32,000 nucleotides of DNA from Gemmata obscuriglobus (lineage in GTDB: Bacteria; Planctomycetota; Planctomycetia; Gemmatales; Gemmataceae): contig NZ_CP042911.1 in the NCBI RefSeq assembly GCF_008065095.1, positions 7,020,001 to 7,052,000 of the forward strand, written 5' to 3'. The position numbers and the translations under genes were made by a program. Each line of letters begins with the position of its first letter. Position 1 is the first letter of the stretch. Shown in pieces: positions 1 to 6,724 of this stretch. Under the pieces are notes generated by a model, which made no database searches, was not told where the DNA came from, and was given only the letters and a program-made list of their open reading frames with translations.

Positions 1-2037
1 GTCGTTCGCGGTGATGATCGCCCCGGCCCCGCCGCTCCCGGCCATGTACGCCAGGATGAGCGCCACCGACCCGCTGTTGCGCACCGCCGCGTTCCGCACC
101 ACCAGTTCGCGGAACACCTCCGTCTGGGCACCCAGGTCGAGCCCGCGGGCCGAGTAATCGATGATCTGGTTGCGGAGCGGTTCGGCGGCGTCCACCGGCG
201 CCGCGAACGCCGCCCCCCGGTGCTCGAAGTCGTTGCGCTCGATCACGAACGCCCCCTGCCCGCGCTCGGCCCAAAAAATGCGCCCCGACGCCGGGTGGCT
301 CACCACGGCGTCGGTGGTGGACCACCCGGCCCCGGTCCACTCCTGGCACGCGAGCGAAACGCCGAACTCCTGCCGCCGGCCCAGGAAGTTGCGCGTCCCG
401 TCGAGCGGGTCCACCAGAAAGCGGCGCGCGCCGGCGACCGGCGCGGTGTCGTCGGCGTCCCCGTGCTCTTCGCCGCAAAACCGGTACGCGGGGTAGTGCG
501 CGTGCAGCACCCGCCGAACCCGCTCCTCGATCTCGTCGTCCACGGCACTCGCGATGTTGTGTTCGTCCTTGAACGTCGCGACCAGTTCGCCGGCGCCGCC
601 GCGCGGGCCGAGCGAATGCGCCTCGAAGTGCCGCATGGCGATGGCGTTGGCCTCGAACGCGGCCTCGATCATCGCCCCGACGTGCCCGTAGTGCATGCCC
701 CCCGGGAGCTTCCGCTTCACCACGCCGTCCCAGATCGGCTTCAGCACCGTGATGCGCGGGCTCACCTCCCCGCGCAGCGCCCCGAAGTACCGCCACATCT
801 CTTTCCGCAGCGAGCCGTATTCGCCGAGCCACGCCCGCGGACCGTCCGGGTGCGCCCGGGCCTTCGCCACCAGCAGCCGCACGTACCGGGTGCTCCGGTC
901 GGCGTCGCTGAGCCGGTCGGTGCGGCCGTCGAGCACGTCGCTCAACACCCCTTCGTAGCGGTCCAGCACGCCCTTGCAGTCGTCGTAGCGCCGCTCGAAC
1001 ACGTCGATCGCGTGCGGGGTGCGGAACTCCTCGCACAGCAGGTACCCGGCGATCATCCCGACCGACAAGTTCCGCCCGTGCTTCGGGTCGTACAGCCAGT
1101 CGTAGAAGCTCAGGATCTCGGTCAGCGTGTCGCGGTACCGGACGAGGCAGCCGCGCAACTGCTCGACCGCGAGGGCCGGGATCGTGGGCACGGTCGCGTC
1201 GTCGTCCGGGAGCCGCGCGTCCTCGAACAGTACCGGGAGCGCCCGCCCGGCCCGGTCGACCAGCGCCGGCCCGTGAACGTAGACCGTGGAGCAGAAGTCG
1301 CCGTTGGCGAACCCGGTCTCGGCGTTCGTCTCCACGAAGTGCGCGTCTTCGAGCGGTTGCGCGTAGGCGTCGCCCGACGTGAACGTCTCGGACGCGCCGC
1401 GCTCGATCGTCGCCTCGCCGAGGTAGGTTTTGCGGAGCGCCCCGCCGGCGTCGCGCCGGTAGCCCGCGTACACGGGCGCGGTGCGGCGGGTGTTCGCCCG
1501 GAGCGGGTCCGCGGGCGCGAGGTCCACGGCCGCGAGCAGGTCGCCGGACGGCCGGAACCCCGTGACGCGCCAGACGTGGTTGGTCAGCTCGCCGGTCACG
1601 ACCGCCGACGCCATCTCGAACCGGTGCAGGTGGAGCCGCTCGAGCGACGCGAAGTTGGCCCCGCGCCAGTACACGTGGAGCCGCAGCTTGAAGCCCGCCG
1701 CGCGGTCGTCGGCGAGCACGAGCTTGTCGAACCCGATCGGGTGCGGGTACGAACGGGCCGCGATCGCCTTCAGCGCCTCTTCGTCCGCGAGTACGGAATC
1801 GACGACCGCGCGGACGACCCGTTTGTCGGCGAAGGTCCAGGTGAGGGCGCGCAGCGCCTCAACGTCGCCGGCGCGGTGGGCGCGGAAGTACGCCCGGAGC
1901 AGGTGCGACGCGCGACCAAGCGTGGGGTCTGCGAGGAACTCGTCCAGCAGGACGACGAGCCCGGGGAACCGCTCGGCCCGCCGGACGAAATAGTCGCGGG
2001 TGGCGGCGCGGGCGGACAGTTGCGGGTCGAACGGCAT
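1..2037 (-). CDS. Fusion protein: N-terminal cupin-like (CDO-like W-x-G...H-x-H...G-x-L pattern) region + helical middle + C-terminal inositol-monophosphatase-family domain. The 3' end runs off the window.
   Basis: Absent from the ORF track because there is no stop in the window. Manual reverse-strand translation from ATG (comp. 2035-2037) stays open for 679 codons to position 1. The C-terminal part has IMPase hallmarks: ..YRFCGEEHG.. and FLVDPLDGTRNF (DPLDGT = comp. 394-411). The N-terminal part has LRLHVYWRG..LHLHRFEMASAVVTGELTNHVW (comp. 1570-1686). The + ORF 220-2067 is its antisense shadow. Confidence 0.7.
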   Translation of the reverse strand, partial: MPFDPQLSARAATRDYFVRRAERFPGLVVLLDEFLADPTLGRASHLLRAYFRAHRAGDVEALRALTWTFADKRVVRAVVDSVLADEEALKAIAARSYPHPIGFDKLVLADDRAAGFKLRLHVYWRGANFASLERLHLHRFEMASAVVTGELTNHVWRVTGFRPSGDLLAAVDLAPADPLRANTRRTAPVYAGYRRDAGGALRKTYLGEATIERGASETFTSGDAYAQPLEDAHFVETNAETGFANGDFCSTVYVHGPALVDRAGRALPVLFEDARLPDDDATVPTIPALAVEQLRGCLVRYRDTLTEILSFYDWLYDPKHGRNLSVGMIAGYLLCEEFRTPHAIDVFERRYDDCKGVLDRYEGVLSDVLDGRTDRLSDADRSTRYVRLLVAKARAHPDGPRAWLGEYGSLRKEMWRYFGALRGEVSPRITVLKPIWDGVVKRKLPGGMHYGHVGAMIEAAFEANAIAMRHFEAHSLGPRGGAGELVATFKDEHNIASAVDDEIEERVRRVLHAHYPAYRFCGEEHGDADDTAPVAGARRFLVDPLDGTRNFLGRRQEFGVSLACQEWTGAGWSTTDAVVSHPASGRIFWAERGQGAFVIERNDFEHRGAAFAAPVDAAEPLRNQIIDYSARGLDLGAQTEVFRELVVRNAAVRNSGSVALILAYMAGSGGAGAIITAND

Positions 2038-2195
2038 CGGGCGCCTCGCAGCGGGTGCTCGGTGTAATATGCGTCGCCCGGCGGGCGCACACAACCGCCG
2101 CCGGGCCGATTTCGCGCTCGCGCGGGGCGGGCGGCCAATTACAATTTCGGCACGCGGGTTCCCGTTCGGGGTGAGCGTTCGCAACCGGGGTGCGC

Positions 2196-2912
2196 ATGGA
2201 ATCGCTGTTGGTTTTCACCAGCCCGCCGAGCGCGTGCAGCTACCTGCCGGACCGGCGCGCGGCCCTCACCTACGAGATCGTCGCCCGGATGACGGCCGCG
2301 GAGTACCAGGAGCGGTTGAAGGCCGGGTGGCGGCGGTTCGGGTTCTCGCTGTTCCGCCCGACGTGCCCGTCCTGCACCGCGTGCCAGTCGCTGCGGGTAC
2401 CGGTGGCCGCGTTCAAGCCCGACCGGTCGCAGCGCCGCTGCCTCGCGGCCAACGCGGGGGACGTGCGGCTCGAGATCGGCGCGCCCGAGGTGACGGACGA
2501 CAAGCTCGACCTGTACGACCGGTTCCACGCGTTCCAGAGCGACCACGTGGGCTGGAACGACCACGGCCCGAAGAGCGCCGCGGACTACGCCGAGTCGTTC
2601 GTGGACAACCCGTTCGTGACGCAGGAGTGGTGCTACTACTTGGGCGAGAAGCTGGTGGGGGTGGGGTACGTCGACCGGTTCCCCGAGGGGCTGTCGCTGA
2701 TCTACTTCTTCCACGACCCGGACGAGCGGGCGCGCTCGCTGGGCACGTTCAACGTGCTCTCGGCCCTGCGCGTGGCGGGCGAGCAGCACCTGCCGCACGT
2801 GTACCTGGGTTACTACGTGAAGGGGTGCCGGTCGCTGGAGTACAAGGGCCGGTTCCGGCCCCACGAGGTGCTCGGAGGGGACGGCGCGTGGCGGTCGGCC
2901 GTAGACGTTTGA
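2196..2912 (+). CDS. bpt: Arginyl-tRNA-protein transferase-like / bacterial Bpt (aspartate/glutamate leucyltransferase), N-degron pathway
   Basis: The translation MESLLVFTSPPSACSYLPDRRA...AGWRRFGFSLFRPTCPSCTACQSLRV...YVDRFPEGLSLIYFFHDPD...SLGTFNVL...YLGYYVKGCRSLEYKGRFRPHE matches my recollection of the ATE_N/ATE_C architecture. ATG at 2196; an in-frame GTG lies at 2190. Confidence 0.8.
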   Translation: MESLLVFTSPPSACSYLPDRRAALTYEIVARMTAAEYQERLKAGWRRFGFSLFRPTCPSCTACQSLRVPVAAFKPDRSQRRCLAANAGDVRLEIGAPEVTDDKLDLYDRFHAFQSDHVGWNDHGPKSAADYAESFVDNPFVTQEWCYYLGEKLVGVGYVDRFPEGLSLIYFFHDPDERARSLGTFNVLSALRVAGEQHLPHVYLGYYVKGCRSLEYKGRFRPHEVLGGDGAWRSAVDV

Positions 2913-2920
2913 CTCCCGGG

Positions 2921-3784
2921 TTACACCGGCGGCGTCGGCGAGTGCGACCCGAACCGCTTCGCAAACGGGCCGATGAACCGCTCCTCGGCCGACGAGTCGA
3001 GCACCGCGAAAACGACCTTCGCGAAGCAGCCCGCGAACCGCCCCCGCAGCGCCTTCGCGAACAGCTCGGCAATGGCATCGGGCTCGTTCTTGAACACCCC
3101 GCAGCCCCACGCGCCGAGCACAATCGCATCGTGCCCGTGCCCCGCCATCAGTGTCAGCACTTTATCGATCCGCTCACGCATCTCGTCCCGCACCAGGCGC
3201 CGCTCGGAATCGCGGATCGCGCCGACGTTGACCGCCGGACTCGTTACGAACGCGCACAAGTAGGGGGCGTCGAGGAGTTCGCCCTCGTCGTCTTTGAACA
3301 CCGGCACGGCGGGCGAGTAGATGGCGTAGTTCGTGTAGAACCCGCCCCCGGTGTGGGCGTGGTCGCGGTACATCGGGTTGCCGTTGATGCACGCGTACAG
3401 CGCCGACGCACGGCACAACGATTCCTCTTGCGCGCGGGCGCCGCCAAGGAAGCCGCCGCCGGGGTGACGGGCACTCGCGAAGTTGAGCGCGACCGGCCGG
3501 AAGCCCTCTCTGACGAGTTGGTGCGAGGCCGCGAGCGTGGTGTCGTTGACCGTCTCGAAGACGCCGGCCGCGCCCGAAGGATCGAACCGCGGGAGCGGTT
3601 CGTCGGGCGAGTAGGTGCGCGTGCCGTCGCGTGCGGCCTCAACAAGGTGGGCGATGGGAACCGTCTCGCCGCGTCGGTTCTGGTACCGCCCCGCGGCGAC
3701 GATGTCGAGCGTGTCGCGTGCGATCGTGGCGGCCCGACTGCGTTTGGGATACATGCGTTGCTCCGTGTCGTGCGCTTCGGACAC
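2921..3784 (-). CDS. Bacterial-type poly(ADP-ribose) glycohydrolase-like macrodomain protein (TIGR02452 / DUF2263 family)
   Basis: NFASARHPGGGFLGGARAQEESLCRASALY contains the PARG catalytic signature GGG-X7-QEE (comp. 3422-3460). The C-terminal GAWGCGVFKN is also typical of this family. An alternative start is the internal Met at MYPKRS. Confidence 0.75.
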   Translation of the reverse strand: MSEAHDTEQRMYPKRSRAATIARDTLDIVAAGRYQNRRGETVPIAHLVEAARDGTRTYSPDEPLPRFDPSGAAGVFETVNDTTLAASHQLVREGFRPVALNFASARHPGGGFLGGARAQEESLCRASALYACINGNPMYRDHAHTGGGFYTNYAIYSPAVPVFKDDEGELLDAPYLCAFVTSPAVNVGAIRDSERRLVRDEMRERIDKVLTLMAGHGHDAIVLGAWGCGVFKNEPDAIAELFAKALRGRFAGCFAKVVFAVLDSSAEERFIGPFAKRFGSHSPTPPV

Positions 3785-3809
3785 GGAACCGGCCGCGGAG
3801 GTTCGTTGG

Positions 3810-4166
3810 CTACTTCACAGGTAACGTGCGCACGAACGCCACGCACTGCTGAACCCAGTCGCGAAGTTCGTCGTCGGTGGCGCACCCGGCCGGTTCGACC
3901 TTCACCCACCCCCTCATGGGCTTACCGGTGATGTCGAACGGGCGCACGTTGGGGTCGCGAAGGGCCGCGACATCGTCGCCACCGAGCCGGGCGATCAGCC
4001 AGCGCTGCCACACGCCCACGCACACGTTCCCGTTCAGCAGCCACGCGATCCCACCGAACAGCTTTTTCTCGACCACGCTCCGGGTGCCGTTCAGAACCAC
4101 ACGCACCCGTTCGACGAGTTGCGGATCGGTCGTTGCCTTCGCGGACGTCTTGCGCGGACCTGGCAT
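3810..4166 (-). CDS. TfoX N-terminal domain protein
   Basis: ..VEKKLFGGIAWLLNGNVCVGVWQRWLIARLG.. resembles the TfoX_N core (EKKMFGG..F.VNGNMF.G.). The start is chosen at MPGPRK (comp. 4164-4166) inside ORF 3810-4217. It ends 25 nt upstream of the PARG-like gene on the same strand. Confidence 0.6.
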   Translation of the reverse strand: MPGPRKTSAKATTDPQLVERVRVVLNGTRSVVEKKLFGGIAWLLNGNVCVGVWQRWLIARLGGDDVAALRDPNVRPFDITGKPMRGWVKVEPAGCATDDELRDWVQQCVAFVRTLPVK

Positions 4167-4566
4167 CGATGGGGCTCCTCGTGACCCGAGTTTACACAGC
4201 TCGTCCCTGGTGTTCAAACTGCGGCGGCACCTGCAAAAGAGCCTTACTTACTTGGTTCAGATTACCGGGCACCGAATCCCTGGCCCGGCCGAACTTTCGG
4301 CCGGCGGCGCGAAATGAACAGTTTCGCTGGACAAAATGCAACCGGCGACCGAAAGTCACTTGACCGCAAGGCGATTGCTTGCGAGAGTCTTAACATCCCG
4401 CCTCGCTCCGCGAACCGACACCGCGCACGGCCGAACCGCCCCGCACACCGAATTGGACCACGGGCCTTAGCCTCCCACCGACCGGCCGCTGCGTTGAACC
4501 GCTTGTGATGCGTTCAACCAGCCGCTCCCACCGACTTCGCTTCTCGATGACGACCGAGGAACGCTC

Positions 4567-5913
4567 ATGACCACACCGCCCCCCCGGCCCTGTCGTGGAT
4601 TGTCGCGCCGCGAAATGTTACGGGTCGGTGCCCTTACCCCGCTCGGGTTCGGGCTCACGGACGTGCTCCAGGCGCGCGCCGGCGCGGCCCCGAAGGGTCG
4701 CGCCCGGTCCGTCATTCTGCTGTTCATGTGGGGCGGACCGAGCCACCTCGACACCTGGGACCCCAAGCCCGCCGCCCCGCTCGAGGTGCGCGGGGCGTTC
4801 GAATCGATTGCGACGACCGTCCCGGGGCTGCGAATCGGGGAGCACTTTCCCCGGCTGGCGGCCCGCGCGCACCAGTACGCGGTGGTGCGGTCGATGACGC
4901 ACACAGACCCCGCGCACCTGTCCCCCGTGCATCACCTGATGACCGGCCGGGTCGCGCCCCGGCCCAACTCCGATTCCGACGGGGCGAGCCGGGGCGACGC
5001 CCCGTGCCTCGGGGCCGTCGTCCACAAGCTGGCGCCCGCGACCGGGGCGATGCCCTCCGCCGTCACACTCCCCTGGGCGGTGTCCCACCCGTCCGCGCCC
5101 GGCGGCACCGCGCCGGGCCAGAACGGCGGGTGGCTGGGCTCCGGCACGGACCCGTTCCTTGTCACCGGGAACCCGAACCTGGAGTCGTTCGCCGTGGCGG
5201 GGCTGTCGTCGCCCGGCGACGTGTCCCCCCACCGGCTCCGGAGCCGGGCCGAACTGTCCCGCCACCTGGACCGGACCGGCGGCTCGGGCGCGGGCTTCAC
5301 CGGGCTCCAGGGCAAGGCCCTCGATTTGCTCCTCGCCCCGGCCGTCTCGACGGCGTTCGACCTGTCGCGCGAGCCGGCGCAGGTGCGGGACAAGTACGGG
5401 CGACACCCCCACGGGCAGAGTTGCCTGCTCGCCCGCCGACTGGTCGAGGCCGGCACCCGGCTGGTGACGGTCAACTGGCCCGACGACGGGCGGGCGTTCT
5501 GGGACACCCACGGGGACAACTTCCCGTCGCTCAAGACCCGGCTCATGCCGCCGGCCGACGCGGCCTTCGCCGCGCTGCTGGACGACCTGACCGCGCGCGG
5601 GCTTCTGGACGAAACGCTCGTGGTGTGGGTGGGCGAGTTCGGGCGCACGCCGCGGGTGGAGAACGGGGGCCGGCAGCACTGGCCCCGGTGCTACTCGGCG
5701 GTGCTCGCCGGGGGCGGCGTTCGGGGCGGCGCGGTCTACGGAGCGAGCGACCGCATCGGGGCCGACCCGGCGTCCAACCCGGTGTCGCCCGCCGATCTGA
5801 CCGCAACCGTCTATCACGCCCTGGGAATCGACCCGGCGACCGAGATCCAGGACCCCACGGGCCGCCCGTGGCGGGTCGCCGACGGGACTCCGGTCCAACA
5901 ACTGTTCAGTTAA
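4567..5913 (+). CDS. DUF1501 domain protein (sulfatase-like fold) with twin-arginine signal
   Basis: The N-terminus has GLSRREMLRVGAL (Tat-type RR motif). LLFMWGGPSHLDTWDPKP and WVGEFGRTPRV are motifs I recall as DUF1501 hallmarks. Confidence 0.85.
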   Translation: MTTPPPRPCRGLSRREMLRVGALTPLGFGLTDVLQARAGAAPKGRARSVILLFMWGGPSHLDTWDPKPAAPLEVRGAFESIATTVPGLRIGEHFPRLAARAHQYAVVRSMTHTDPAHLSPVHHLMTGRVAPRPNSDSDGASRGDAPCLGAVVHKLAPATGAMPSAVTLPWAVSHPSAPGGTAPGQNGGWLGSGTDPFLVTGNPNLESFAVAGLSSPGDVSPHRLRSRAELSRHLDRTGGSGAGFTGLQGKALDLLLAPAVSTAFDLSREPAQVRDKYGRHPHGQSCLLARRLVEAGTRLVTVNWPDDGRAFWDTHGDNFPSLKTRLMPPADAAFAALLDDLTARGLLDETLVVWVGEFGRTPRVENGGRQHWPRCYSAVLAGGGVRGGAVYGASDRIGADPASNPVSPADLTATVYHALGIDPATEIQDPTGRPWRVADGTPVQQLFS

Positions 5914-6113
5914 CGAACAGCGTTGGCAGCGAGCGGAGAACGTTCCCCAAGCCGGGTGGCATGCCCCCCCCCCACCCGACTCGCAAAGACTCGCCGACCT
6001 CCCTTTTAGAGAAGGTGAGAGGCGACCGCCCGTTACGCTTTGACCGGATTTGCTATCACGCCGGTGAGCCCGGTAGTTGTGCTACTACAGTGGGCATAGG
6101 CCGCGTGGCTCGC

Positions 6114-6440
6114 TCAAACCACCGACAGACTCGCGCGGTTGAAATAGGCGATGGTAGACCACAACTCGTCGTCATGAACGAACAGGACCAAACAGTCCGA
6201 ATCGCTCATACCCGTACCAGGCCACGGGAGGTGTGTGACGACGAACCGCTCAGCGTGCTCAGCGAAGATCTCACGGGCGAACTTGGGGAGATCGACCAGC
6301 TCCGTGCAGCAGCCCGCGACCGATTGCCATGTGCCGGCGGGAACCGCAAAAATGCGGCGCACCGCGGGTTGAAGCGACCGGAACGATAGCAAGTCCGCCG
6401 CCACGCTAGCTAACTTCTCTTGCAGATCGGCCCTAACCAT
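6114..6440 (-). CDS. Hypothetical small protein (108 aa) in a low-GC islet
   Basis: This is the only ORF in a compositionally atypical stretch. An AT-rich upstream region carries a sigma70-like promoter. I recognise no family motif. Confidence 0.4.
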   Translation of the reverse strand: MVRADLQEKLASVAADLLSFRSLQPAVRRIFAVPAGTWQSVAGCCTELVDLPKFAREIFAEHAERFVVTHLPWPGTGMSDSDCLVLFVHDDELWSTIAYFNRASLSVV

Positions 6441-6476
6441 TCGAGTTACTCGCGGTCAAAACCTGCACGAGTTAAC

Positions 6477-6508
6477 TAATCTATACTCAATCAGATTAAC
6501 AGCAGCAA
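6477..6508 (-). promoter_or_regulatory. Putative sigma70-type promoter overlapping an inverted repeat, upstream of ORF 6114-6440
   Basis: On the minus strand: TTGCTG (comp. 6503-6508), a 17-nt spacer, then TATAGA (comp. 6480-6485). The inverted repeat TAATCT-N10-AGATTA (6477-6482 / 6493-6498) overlaps the -10. The local 100 nt (6441-6540) is 44% GC by my count. Confidence 0.3.
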
Positions 6509-6657
6509 CATCACTTAGCTACCGTTTTGGACGGGATCAGCAGACCGCCATTGCCCCCCCCGGGCGCGCCATCAATTGCCCGCCTTCGCGATCGCCCTGA
6601 ACCCGCGTGTTCCTCATTCGGCGTGCGGACGACCCATTTGAACCAGTGACGATATGA

Positions 6658-6701
6658 AATTGGCCCGGCCGGCTCCCTCATGAGAGCCGGCCGGGCCAAT
6701 T
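6658..6701 (-). terminator. Hairpin downstream of the SEC-C/TPR gene
   Basis: Perfect 18-bp stem aattggcccggccggctc / gagccggccgggccaatt (6658-6675 / 6684-6701) with an 8-nt loop. It lies just 3' of the stop at 6725 on the minus strand. There is no clear U-run. Confidence 0.5.
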
Positions 6702-6724
6702 GCGCACCAAAACGCACGGCCCGA

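Noticed and set aside
220-2067. 615-aa + strand ORF (and similar long ORFs 17976-20804 +, 21227-23089 -, 21826-23313 -, 24703-27534 +, 24650-26773 -, 9135-10823 -, 6680-7882 +, 8024-9019 +, 4618-5901 -, 4728-6389 +, 27575-28669 -, 30072-31241 -)
   Set aside because: Their translations are Arg/Pro/Gly/Ala-rich low-complexity strings with no family motifs. Each lies antisense or out of frame to a gene with clear conserved motifs. This is the typical open-frame artefact of high-GC DNA.
4285-4304. Hairpin ccggccgaa-ct-ttcggccgg, and gttgaac/gttcaac repeats (about 4490-4525), in the tfoX / DUF1501 divergent spacer
   Set aside because: The stems are short and could arise by chance. They sit between divergent starts, so they are not terminators. 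I have no basis to call them operators.
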